Shown: positions 1 to 8,466 of the stretch, one piece after another
Position numbering within the stretch: position 1 is the first letter of the stretch
Layout: each line of letters starts with the position of its first letter
Notes under the pieces: generated by a model
The model's database searches: none
What the model was told of the DNA's origin: nothing
Seen by the model: the letters and a program-made list of their open reading frames with translations, nothing else
NCBI GenBank assembly: GCA_046543235.1
Contig: JBKGZT010000024.1
Span: forward strand, 1 to 19,738
Direction: 5' to 3'
DNA: 19,738 nucleotides
DNA from: Candidatus Acetothermia bacterium
Lineage (GTDB): Bacteria > Bipolaricaulota > Bipolaricaulia > M55B111
Position numbers and translations under genes: made by a program

Positions 1-46
1 ACCGGCGTCTCGTCAGGTCGTTGGTGTTTTTTCGTTGTTTGGTCAT
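1..46 (-). CDS. 5' end of a gene running off the left edge, with a twin-arginine (Tat)-like signal peptide; product unknown (ApbE flavin transferase is one possibility)
   Basis: Minus strand reads AAGGAGG-AAAA-ATG (ATG at 44-46), then MTKQRKNTNDLTRRR. The next codon begins with T, which is compatible with RRRF. Too short for the ORF track. It starts 19 bp after the CPBP stop codon. Confidence 0.7.
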   Translation of the reverse strand, partial: MTKQRKNTNDLTRRR

Positions 47-65
47 TTTTCCTCCTTTTATTGTC

Positions 66-677
66 TCAAATCGGTATTATCAAAAATATCAGAACGCTCC
101 AGACCGAATGCGAGATGACTACGGGCAGCAGTTCGCCCTCCCGCGCGTAGAACCAGCTCCATCCCAGCCCGGCTACGAGCGCGGCCACAACAAGCGTCAG
201 GTTGAGAGACCAGACGTGGACGATGGCATACAGCAATGCTCCTGCAAATATACCAATCAGCCCGCCGTAGTTGTCCTCCAGCCACCTTTGCACTGTACCG
301 CGCCAGAAGATTTCCTCTCCGGGACCGATAATGAGCGCCAGCAGAAGACCTATAATGGGCAGCGCTGCCGAATCGGTATTGCCGTAAACTTCGGCGATCT
401 CGCTTTCGGCAAATGGAATAATTTCCACTATCAATAAATTCCCAAGCCAGAACACCCCGTACAGCATAAGCGCAGAAACTACTCCTAAACCTACGTTTCT
501 CGCCGTCAATTCACCAAACGGCTTATAATTCTTCCAAGAAATCAGCGACGTTATAGCAAGTATCGCTACGGAACCGGCCATCTCCAGCCAGAAGTTAAAC
601 GGGTTCAGGTAAAACGACACGAACCAGAGCCCAAATGCCATGATTACCATGGATGGCACCGTAATACCTCTTTTCAT
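66..677 (-). CDS. CPBP-family (CAAX protease type II / Abi) intramembrane glutamic endopeptidase
   Basis: Multi-pass hydrophobic protein with the CPBP motifs GEEIFWRG, YAIVH and SHSVW. Start moved to the ATG at 677 (MKRGITV), just after the menA stop, with AGGA upstream. Confidence 0.85.
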   Translation of the reverse strand: MKRGITVPSMVIMAFGLWFVSFYLNPFNFWLEMAGSVAILAITSLISWKNYKPFGELTARNVGLGVVSALMLYGVFWLGNLLIVEIIPFAESEIAEVYGNTDSAALPIIGLLLALIIGPGEEIFWRGTVQRWLEDNYGGLIGIFAGALLYAIVHVWSLNLTLVVAALVAGLGWSWFYAREGELLPVVISHSVWSVLIFLIIPI

Positions 678-687
678 TCTTCCGTTC

Positions 688-1572
688 CTATAAGACAACT
701 TCAAGCAAAATCGAAACCGTCAACAAACCACTAAAGGCGACGTCAAGCCGGGCGGTTCGGGCGTCGGCATCGTCGGGTATCTCTTCGACGAAGGTCTTAA
801 GTAGCTTGTATGCCAGGGGGAAGGACAGGAACACAAGAGCGCCCCATGGGCTCAACACTTCCTCCAGGATCAAATAGCCAAGAACCGAATAAGTCCCGAC
901 GGTAATGAGCAGGTACAATACGACGGCGTCCCGTTTATCCAGCAGGTTTGCGATCGTGTTTACCCCGGCTTTTTGGTCGTAAACCCTGTCCCTCAAGTTA
1001 TTCGCCAGGAGAGTCAGGGCGACCAGCAGCCCCAAGGGGATCGATACGAGAAATGGCAGGACGCCGATAGAACCCGATTGTACGTAGTAAGCACCCGTGA
1101 CCAGGAGTGGTCCCCAGACCAGAAATACGGCCACTTCGCCCCAGCCCCAGTACTTGTATTTTACCCCGCCGGTGTAGGAGTAACCCAAGACCACTCCCAA
1201 TATACCGATGGCCAGAACCAGTGGGCCAGAAACGTACGTCAGGTATAAGCCGATAACTATTCCCACCAGGTACATCCCCGAAAAATACGCCCTTATCTCG
1301 TTCGGTTCAAACCACTCTTCTACGAGCGGCTGTTGCCTGTACCTAGTAGTCGGAGACCCCTCTCTGTCCACTTCTTCCCGGAAATCGTAGTAATCGTTCG
1401 TCAGGTTTACAGCTCCGTGCAGCATAACTGTTCCGATTGCAACGAGTACCAGACGTAGAGTGTGGAAACCTCCCGTTCTCGCCGCCAGCAGCGACCCCAC
1501 CAGCACAGAACCCAAAGTCATCGGGAAGGACCAGGGGCGGCTACTGATCAGCAGGGCCTTGGCTTTGTTCAT
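688..1572 (-). CDS. menA: UbiA-family prenyltransferase, 1,4-dihydroxy-2-naphthoate polyprenyltransferase (MenA-like)
   Basis: N-terminal SRPWSFP, Asp-rich motifs NLTNDYYD and ANNLRDRVYD, KYxGWGE, and several TM helices. GGAG RBS upstream. Confidence 0.85.
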   Translation of the reverse strand: MNKAKALLISSRPWSFPMTLGSVLVGSLLAARTGGFHTLRLVLVAIGTVMLHGAVNLTNDYYDFREEVDREGSPTTRYRQQPLVEEWFEPNEIRAYFSGMYLVGIVIGLYLTYVSGPLVLAIGILGVVLGYSYTGGVKYKYWGWGEVAVFLVWGPLLVTGAYYVQSGSIGVLPFLVSIPLGLLVALTLLANNLRDRVYDQKAGVNTIANLLDKRDAVVLYLLITVGTYSVLGYLILEEVLSPWGALVFLSFPLAYKLLKTFVEEIPDDADARTARLDVAFSGLLTVSILLEVVL

Positions 1573-1593
1573 CTGTTCCCTCGATCTCCTCCG

Positions 1594-2682
1594 TTAAGAG
1601 AAGTCATCAAATAGGATATCGTCCTCGTCAACGCCGTAATCCTTTAACAGATCGATCGTCGCATCCATCATCGGAGGAGGCCCACAGAGGTAACCCTCCA
1701 TGTCCCATTCCTCCTGGAGATAGTCGTCCATAACCTCGGTAATCAATCCTACTTCTCCATCCCATTCCGGCTGAGACGAGTCAAGGGCCGGAACGTAGTT
1801 AAAGTTTTCGTGTTCCTCGGCCAGTTCATGAAGGTCCTCGTGGTAGTAGAGATCCTCCCGGGTCCTGGATCCGTAGAAGAGCCAGATCTCTCGATCCGTC
1901 CCCTCTTCCAGTTCCGAGAAGACGATTGACCTCAGCGGAGCGAGACCGACTCCTCCAGCTACCCCAATTATCTTCGCGTCGGTGTCCTGAACGTAGAAAT
2001 CCCCGAAAGGTCCGGTAAATTCTACTTCCTCACCTTCTTCGAGCTCATGGAGATAAGTGGAACCCAGCCCCCCTTCGATCAACTGTACCGTAAGCATGAC
2101 CTCCTCATGGACGCTCTCTTCCGAAGCAATCGAGTAGGCCCTGTCCACGGTATCTCCATCCGCCGGGACTTGAACCTGAACGTACTGGCCGGCTTTGAAG
2201 TCGATCGTTTCGGGCTCCTTTAGGTCGAATATAATTTCCTTGATCGAGGGGGTGACATCTCTGGTGGAGAGAACCTCGGCCTGGTACTTCTCGACCTCGA
2301 GGTATTTTGGCTCTATTTCCACCTTCATGTCTTCCCGAACCTTGACCTGACAGCTCAGGCGTACGCCATTTACGAGCTCTTCCCTCGTAAGCATCGGCTC
2401 TTCAGTCGGAAGGACGGGACCGCCACCTTCTTTCACCCTGGCCGTACAAAAACCACAGCTTCCCTGCCCACCGCAGGCGGAGGGGATATAAATCTCGTTT
2501 TGGGTGAATGCCTGAAGGAGAGTCGAACCCCCCTCGACCACGAACTCCTCTTCCCCGTCGTTCACGTCAACTGTAACGTCCTCGTATTCGGCGAAGAGCT
2601 TGTTCGCAATTACTAGCACCACGGCCAGGGAGCCTGCAACTACGTTAAGTACAATTATCGGACTTACATAACCCATCATCAC
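1594..2682 (-). CDS. nqrF: NqrF-like NADH-oxidising subunit (N-terminal TM anchor, [2Fe-2S] ferredoxin domain, FAD- and NAD-binding domains)
   Basis: SACGGQGSCGFC...RLSCQ [2Fe-2S] motif, RAYSIA FAD motif, AGGVGLAP, YLCGPPPM and C-terminal FDDF. It lies directly after the nqrE-like gene. Confidence 0.85.
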   Translation of the reverse strand: MMMGYVSPIIVLNVVAGSLAVVLVIANKLFAEYEDVTVDVNDGEEEFVVEGGSTLLQAFTQNEIYIPSACGGQGSCGFCTARVKEGGGPVLPTEEPMLTREELVNGVRLSCQVKVREDMKVEIEPKYLEVEKYQAEVLSTRDVTPSIKEIIFDLKEPETIDFKAGQYVQVQVPADGDTVDRAYSIASEESVHEEVMLTVQLIEGGLGSTYLHELEEGEEVEFTGPFGDFYVQDTDAKIIGVAGGVGLAPLRSIVFSELEEGTDREIWLFYGSRTREDLYYHEDLHELAEEHENFNYVPALDSSQPEWDGEVGLITEVMDDYLQEEWDMEGYLCGPPPMMDATIDLLKDYGVDEDDILFDDFS

Positions 2683-2695
2683 GTCATCACTCCAG

Positions 2696-3277
2696 TTACT
2701 GTATTCCTACCATTCCGGAGAAACCGAGAAAGGCAAATGCCATAATCCCGGCTATCAACATCGTAATCCCCGGGCCCTGCAGGGGTTTCGGTACGTTCGC
2801 AAACCTCAGCTTTTCCCTGATAGAAGCCAAAGAAACTATGGCAACCATCCACCCGATCCCGCTACCGAGCGCGAAGATTATCCCGGTAAAGAAGGCGTAA
2901 TCCCTCAGTATCATGAACAGAGATACTCCCAGAATGGCGCAGTTTACGGTTATCAGAGGCAGGAAGACCCCCATAGTTGTATAAATGGAAGGGAAAAACC
3001 GCTCAATTACCATCTCAAGTACCTGAACGGTAGATGCGATAACTATTATGAAGGCGATGTACTGCAGGTACTCCAGTCCATAGGGAACCAGCAGGTAGTG
3101 GTAGACCGGCCAGTTGACTGCACTTGTAACCGTCATTACAAGGGTTACCGCAACTCCCATCCCCCATGCGGAAGAGAGCTTCTTGGACTGAGAAACGAGC
3201 GGGCACCAGCCAAGAAAATACCTGAGGGCGATGTTATGCGCGAATATAGCGGCAATAAGTATGGAAACGTATTGCAT
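2696..3277 (-). CDS. nqrE: NqrE / RnfA-family membrane subunit
   Basis: NIAL..FLGWCP, FLPLITVNCAILG and the NqrE-type C-terminus IREKLRFANVPKPLQGPGITM..AGIMAFAFLGFSG. Confidence 0.85.
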   Translation of the reverse strand: MQYVSILIAAIFAHNIALRYFLGWCPLVSQSKKLSSAWGMGVAVTLVMTVTSAVNWPVYHYLLVPYGLEYLQYIAFIIVIASTVQVLEMVIERFFPSIYTTMGVFLPLITVNCAILGVSLFMILRDYAFFTGIIFALGSGIGWMVAIVSLASIREKLRFANVPKPLQGPGITMLIAGIMAFAFLGFSGMVGIQ

Positions 3278-3278
3278 T

Positions 3279-3878
3279 CTACTCCTCCTCCACGGGCGAG
3301 ATAGATCTTTCGACCCAGATCAGCAAACCGAGCACCAGAAAACCGCCGGGGGCCAGGATCATGCTAACCCACGGCGTCCAATCTGCTCCAAGAACCGAGA
3401 CACCAAACAAAGTGCCAAACCCCAGAAGCTCCCTAACCACCGACATGGCAATCAGGGCAACAGCAAATCCGGACGCAACGCCGGCGGCATCGACGACCGA
3501 ATCCCAGGGCGAGTTCTCGCTGGAAAATGATTCGAGTCGGCCGAGAATTATGCAGTTCGTAATTATCAGCCCGACGTATGCACCCAGAGCTTCGCTTAGC
3601 GGCATGAGGAAGGCCTGCAGGAAGATATAGACGAGCGTGACAAAAGTAGCGATAACCAGCATGAAAACGGGTATTCGTACCCTTCTCGGTACGGAATCAC
3701 CAATGACGGATACGATAAAGGAGCTGGCCGTGAGGACGAAAAAGACTGCAACTCCCATAGTCACTCCGTTTGCTACCCTGTTCGTAATCGCCAGAGTTAT
3801 ACACAACCCCAACATCTGGCGGAATACCGGGTTATCCTCCCATAGTCCTGCCATAAAGATGTCTTTGGTGTTATTCAT
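3279..3878 (-). CDS. nqrD: NqrD / RnfE-family membrane subunit
   Basis: NPVFRQMLGLCITLA, YVGLIITNCIILGRLE, VRELLGFGTLFG and LAPGGFL. Confidence 0.85.
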   Translation of the reverse strand: MNNTKDIFMAGLWEDNPVFRQMLGLCITLAITNRVANGVTMGVAVFFVLTASSFIVSVIGDSVPRRVRIPVFMLVIATFVTLVYIFLQAFLMPLSEALGAYVGLIITNCIILGRLESFSSENSPWDSVVDAAGVASGFAVALIAMSVVRELLGFGTLFGVSVLGADWTPWVSMILAPGGFLVLGLLIWVERSISPVEEE

Positions 3879-4485
3879 TGCCCAAACCCTCCATCACTTC
3901 ACCTGTCAGCACTTGGTTCTTCATTTGATCCACTTCGTCGTTGACAATTTCCTGTACGGCCTTGCTGGTCCGGGTCGCCCCGGTAATACCGTCTACCTCG
4001 TTTTCTCCTTCAGCGCCGCCCTGGACGATCCTCAATTCGGGCCGTACCTTCTTTCCGTCAAACTGATCGAGGAACCAATCCTCGGTGATCCTCGCTCCCA
4101 GACCCGGCGTCTCCTGCTGGCTCAGTATCTCCAATCCGACCACTGTCTCCAGGTCGGGCTTGAACGAGATTATTCCCTCGATCTGACCCTGGAATCCGGA
4201 ACCGGTCAACCTAAAGCTTATCGAGCTCAACTCTCCGGAGTCATCGTAGCGGAAGTACACGTCCCGGCCGTCTATCGTTTTGGATTCAAACTCGGACTTG
4301 AACTTCTCCTCCAGGTTTTCATCCGTATAATTAACCTTGGCCGACTTCAGCACGGACTCTCGTAGCTTCCTGGCCTGGTTCGCCTGTATTATCGGCCTGG
4401 TAGTGACGTTGACAAAACCCAGGACAGCAGCGCTTACCGTCGCAACCAGGACAAGTACCGTCACCATCCATATTTCTTTCTTCAT
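3871..4485 (-). CDS. nqrC: NqrC / RnfG-family FMN-binding subunit
   Basis: N-terminal TM helix, GSGFQGQI, ETPGLGARI and the covalent FMN motif DGITGATRTS. Confidence 0.85.
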   Translation of the reverse strand: MKKEIWMVTVLVLVATVSAAVLGFVNVTTRPIIQANQARKLRESVLKSAKVNYTDENLEEKFKSEFESKTIDGRDVYFRYDDSGELSSISFRLTGSGFQGQIEGIISFKPDLETVVGLEILSQQETPGLGARITEDWFLDQFDGKKVRPELRIVQGGAEGENEVDGITGATRTSKAVQEIVNDEVDQMKNQVLTGEVMEGLGNE

Positions 4486-4500
4486 TTTATCACCGTTACC

Positions 4501-5586
4501 TTATTTATAAGGTTTCTGAACTGGTCCAAACCGGAAAGTTATAACCATCTCATCCATCAGCGGAGCGAACATGTTCATAAGGAGGATTGAGAACATCACT
4601 CCCTCGGGGTAGCCGGAGAAAGCCCTCACGGATACCGTCATCACGCCGAGAAATACCCCGTACACCCAGCGGCCTTCCTTAGTGGTTGGCGAAGAGACGG
4701 GGTCTGTAGCCATGAACATGGCCCCAAACATCAGCCCACCCGCAAGCAACTGGAATACGGGAGGGGCAACCTGGTTTGGCCAGAGGTAGGTTCCAAGCAA
4801 CGAATACAGAAAAACCGAGCCCAGATAAGAAACCGGAATTCGCCAATCGATGATCTTCGTCATAATGAGAAATATCCCGCCAAGAATTACCAGCAAGGCG
4901 GAGGTTTCACCCAGACACCCGGGTATCGTACCGAAGAAGAGCTCCCGAAGAGGTGCGAGGGTTCCATCGTTGGCAAAAGAACCGAGGGGCGTAGCCGTGG
5001 TGGTAGCATCCACGCCGTATCGGGTAAAGCCCGCCCATCCTCCTGTAACCGGCTTTATCCACTCAGAAGACATTGCTACTGGAAAGGTCACGGTCAGGAA
5101 GACCCGGCCGACGAGCGCCGGATTGAATATGTTATACCCGGTACCGCCGAAGACCTCCTTACCAATGATGACCCCGAATATTATCCCGACCGCTACCATC
5201 CACAGCGGGGTACTCGGGGGCAGAATCAGGGGAAAGAGTATACCGGTAACCAGGAACCCTTCGGTTATCTCCTCCTTTCTGATCAGGGTAAACGTCACCT
5301 CGGCTATCCCACCTGCGACGTAGGATACTACGATCATCGCCAGAGCCCGCCACCCGTAGAAATAGATCGCCGCCAGCGTGGCAGGAAGTACCGCTAAAAC
5401 TACGGCAAACATATACCGTTTGATCTCTATATAGTCACGCAAAAAAGGACTCTCCGAGGCGGCTTCTCCTTGGTGAAAGACTATTGCCCGGATCGTCTCG
5501 ACTACTTCGGTTATATGCTTGAGATAGGGGTGACCTTCCGTATACTCTGCGAGATCCGACATCAGTTCGTCTAGTTTATTCAACAT
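4501..5586 (-). CDS. nqrB: NqrB / RnfD-family membrane subunit
   Basis: EGFLVTGILFPL, KEVFGGTGYNIFNPALVGR, FMN site DATTTATPL, PGCLGETS, FMATDPVS and YPEGVMFSILLMN. The N-terminal extension (PFLRDYIEIKRYM) resembles NqrB. Start set at the ATG at 5586 behind GAGGTG. Confidence 0.85.
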   Translation of the reverse strand: MLNKLDELMSDLAEYTEGHPYLKHITEVVETIRAIVFHQGEAASESPFLRDYIEIKRYMFAVVLAVLPATLAAIYFYGWRALAMIVVSYVAGGIAEVTFTLIRKEEITEGFLVTGILFPLILPPSTPLWMVAVGIIFGVIIGKEVFGGTGYNIFNPALVGRVFLTVTFPVAMSSEWIKPVTGGWAGFTRYGVDATTTATPLGSFANDGTLAPLRELFFGTIPGCLGETSALLVILGGIFLIMTKIIDWRIPVSYLGSVFLYSLLGTYLWPNQVAPPVFQLLAGGLMFGAMFMATDPVSSPTTKEGRWVYGVFLGVMTVSVRAFSGYPEGVMFSILLMNMFAPLMDEMVITFRFGPVQKPYK

Positions 5587-7069
5587 CTTCACCTCTATCT
5601 TGGTTTAGTCCAAGTTCAGCAGGTTTTAGCCCTTCCTCGGTTTCTTCGTACTTAACGTAGTTATCGATTTCCCCTGGCTGGGATTTCTTAGCGTCTTTCA
5701 GCGTCTCGCTCAAAGGTAGCTTGGACGGGCAGACGTAAGAGCACAAGCCGCAATCCACGCAGCGCTGAGGCTGGAGCCTGTTAACCTCGTCCACCATGTC
5801 GTGAGTATGAGTCTTGTATATCTGGAAGGGTAGGATGTCCACAGGACAGACTTCGCTACAGTAGCCACAATAGACACATGGTCTTTCCTCGCCGTGGAGC
5901 CCCGCATCTGACTTCTTCTTTTTATCGGGGAAAAGGGCAGACAGAAAGGCGTTGGTGTAAGAGTTCTTGGTCAACCCCGTCTGGATCCAGGCCAGCGTAT
6001 CGGTCTCCTTCGGCTCCTCAAGGCGGGTGAGAGAACTGTTCCCTTTGCCAACCGGTATATCAAGGTCATCCAACCTGATCCCGGTTAATGCTCCTCCGAG
6101 TATGTTCACATAGTCACCGTCCGTAGAGATATCGCTCCTTATAACTCTTCCCAGAGAACTACCAATTGGAACTTCGTAAAGGGCAGAATTTGCCCCTGGC
6201 CCGGTCAGACTAAACCTGTTCCGGACAAAAGGTACGCCCTCTTCCACGACTCGATAAGTTAGCAGAGGTACCAGTTCGTCCAGAGCGAGTATTCCGTGCT
6301 CGAGCAAAAAGCCCCCGGCATCCAGCCCCTCGACTCCCAATAGATCTCGGGCCAGGTACTTCGATTGATCCAGGTAACTTTCTCCGCTTACGGCATGAAC
6401 TTTGATCCTCTGACCCGACCCCATATCTTCCATCTCCCGGTAGGTCTCTTCGTCCAGAGCGAAGTGCAGCTGTGCATCCGGAAAACTTCGGGCAAGAATT
6501 CTAAGTCCCTTTTTGAAACTGGAAAGCTCATCTCCGTAATTAACCAGATGCCTGGCGAATGGAGAAATCCTAACTCCGTTTATCAGAATGGAATTGACGC
6601 TATCGGGCGGGAAATATGAGCTATTGAATTCGGTTGGAATCCCGGTCTGCCCAAAACCGGTAACTCCCCCCAGGTAAAGCAACTCCCTTAAGTTGGCGGG
6701 CTCTTCCTTCTCCCAGCTCACACCCTTTCCGGTAAGCTCCAGTCCCCCTTCCGCAGCAATTTTTACGGCAGGGATCATGTCATCAAGCCACTCCAGGGTT
6801 TCCTCGTGAAAGTATTCCAGTTCAACGATCTCCGCTACTTCGCCGTTCACGCTGGAATGAACCGGGGTGGATAGGGAGTTGTCATTGCGGGCAATTATCT
6901 CCCCCGCCTCGACTTTCTCTCCTTCACCTACGGATGGTTCCAGGGCAGACCCAAAGCCTCCTTTCAACGGTATAACCACTTCGTCCAACTTGCTAACCCT
7001 TCTAAAGGTCAGCTCGTCGTCCTCGTCCAGCTGGGTAAGATCTAAGCCAAATGTGTTCACTGTATTCAC
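5576..7069 (-). CDS. NqrA/RnfC hybrid subunit with two C-terminal [4Fe-4S] motifs
   Basis: RnfC/NqrA N-terminal barrel (VVIPL..GFG...V..GEKV..GE.IA...PVHSSVNGEV), an NqrA-like segment WIQTGLTKNSYTNAFLSALFP...LHGEER, and CVYCGYCSEVCP plus CVDCGLCSYVCP. The start is either the GTG at 7069 or the GTG at 7060 (behind GGTGA). Confidence 0.8.
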   Translation of the reverse strand: MNTVNTFGLDLTQLDEDDELTFRRVSKLDEVVIPLKGGFGSALEPSVGEGEKVEAGEIIARNDNSLSTPVHSSVNGEVAEIVELEYFHEETLEWLDDMIPAVKIAAEGGLELTGKGVSWEKEEPANLRELLYLGGVTGFGQTGIPTEFNSSYFPPDSVNSILINGVRISPFARHLVNYGDELSSFKKGLRILARSFPDAQLHFALDEETYREMEDMGSGQRIKVHAVSGESYLDQSKYLARDLLGVEGLDAGGFLLEHGILALDELVPLLTYRVVEEGVPFVRNRFSLTGPGANSALYEVPIGSSLGRVIRSDISTDGDYVNILGGALTGIRLDDLDIPVGKGNSSLTRLEEPKETDTLAWIQTGLTKNSYTNAFLSALFPDKKKKSDAGLHGEERPCVYCGYCSEVCPVDILPFQIYKTHTHDMVDEVNRLQPQRCVDCGLCSYVCPSKLPLSETLKDAKKSQPGEIDNYVKYEETEEGLKPAELGLNQDRGEDVE

Positions 7070-7315
7070 CGTCTCGTTGGAATTTTAATTGTTAACCTTT
7101 TCCTGACAAATATCTTGAAAAATTCGGGAAGCTCCCCTCCAGTAATAGGTCAACGCGTACAACGCGGAGGAAAAGACTACCCCCTTCTTACTCACGTAAA
7201 TCGATCTCAGGTGCCAGCAATATAATTACTAACGAAAATAATAAACATCCCTAAACTAGATTATAAATTCGTACCGATCTTCCCGACGAAGCCTTATAAT
7301 TTTGTTATTGTGAAT

Positions 7316-7343
7316 ATTATAGATAAGAAGGTTCCTTTGTCAA
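7316..7343 (-). promoter_or_regulatory. Sigma-70 promoter of the nqr-menA operon
   Basis: Minus strand has a perfect TTGACA (7338-7343), a 16-nt spacer and TATAAT (7316-7321). A Rex-like half site TTCACAA follows immediately (7308-7314). Confidence 0.75.
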
Positions 7344-7458
7344 TCAATATTATAGTCATATGCAAGAAACCTGGCATCGCCTGACCAATGGGGCTACCAG
7401 TAGGAATTTATCCAGCCCGCCTCCTTTCGTAATCAGTAGGAGTTTTATTACAATTTCT

Positions 7459-8466
7459 TTATCCAGAGATAGCCTCCCCAAGATAGCTTTCCCCTTTTAC
7501 CTCCCCACCACTCACGTATCTCGTTATTGACTCAAGTGCCTCCCTTGATTCACAGGCGATCCCTTCTGGCAGGGATTCTATCGCTTTATCGGCAAATAGT
7601 CTGGAGTAATCAACCGTCCTGTCAACTGCAGCGGAGCTCTTAATTATCCTTATCCCTTCCCTTATCTCTTCCTCCGAAGGATCCTCTTTTCGCAGGAGTT
7701 TTCTGAGGAAACTACCACGGTTCCCTTCCTCCAGAGCGATCATTGTGGGCAAAGTAAGGGTGCCCTCTTTCAAGTCGTTGCCGGGTTCTTTACCCAGTTC
7801 GTCCCGCCGCCCGATGAGGTCCTTCAAATCGTCGGCAATCTGGAAGGCAAGCCCAAGGTTGAGACCGAACTTTTCCATTCTGGCTCTCTCCCCTTCGTCG
7901 GCACCGGAAGCCTTGGCACCGAGCAGACAGCTCTTGCCCATTAAGAGAGCCGTCTTGTGACGAATGACTCTCAGGTAATCCATGAAGGAGAGGGTCGTCT
8001 TTCTTCGATATACCGTCTGGGAGGCCTGACCCCTGGTCATCCCCAGAGCCGCCTCCAGGAGGTGTTTCAGGTACTTACTATCCTCCAGTTTTGTCAGAGA
8101 GTTGGCGGCAAAGGTGTAGAGTAGATCGCCGCTCAAAACGGCAACCTTGTTGCCCCACTTGTAGTTCACCGCTTCCTTTCCCCTCCGTAGATCGGAATCG
8201 TCGATAACGTCGTCGTGAACGAGAGAAGCCATGTGAACGAACTCAACCGCGATCGCGAGCGGCCGAGCCTTTTCGAAGTCGTAGTCGAACATCTTTCCCG
8301 AAAGCAACACAAGGGCTGGCCTCAGCCGCTTTCCACCGGAATTTAACAGGTAAGAGGAACTATCCGTCAGCGGCTCGAGGTTGGAGTCGACGAGCTCTTC
8401 CAGCTCTCTTTCAAGCTCGCTTAAATCCTCCTCTATCGGCCCCAGCAGCTTAAGCATCGTCGTCAT
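7459..8466 (-). CDS. Long-chain trans-polyprenyl diphosphate synthase (HepT/IspB-like)
   Basis: GGKRLRP, FARM ASLVHDDVIDDSDLRRG, KTALL, SARM AFQIADDLKD and GKEPGNDLKEG. Start set at the ATG at 8466 behind GGAGG; the ATG at 8457 is an alternative. Confidence 0.9.
   Translation of the reverse strand: MTTMLKLLGPIEEDLSELERELEELVDSNLEPLTDSSSYLLNSGGKRLRPALVLLSGKMFDYDFEKARPLAIAVEFVHMASLVHDDVIDDSDLRRGKEAVNYKWGNKVAVLSGDLLYTFAANSLTKLEDSKYLKHLLEAALGMTRGQASQTVYRRKTTLSFMDYLRVIRHKTALLMGKSCLLGAKASGADEGERARMEKFGLNLGLAFQIADDLKDLIGRRDELGKEPGNDLKEGTLTLPTMIALEEGNRGSFLRKLLRKEDPSEEEIREGIRIIKSSAAVDRTVDYSRLFADKAIESLPEGIACESREALESITRYVSGGEVKGESYLGEAISG

Noticed and set aside
1594-7069. Calling the operon a canonical rnfCDGEAB or a canonical nqrABCDEF
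   Set aside because: The absence of RnfB and the degenerate RnfC NAD/FMN motifs argue against Rnf. The retained 2x[4Fe-4S] in subunit A and the short F subunit argue against canonical NQR.
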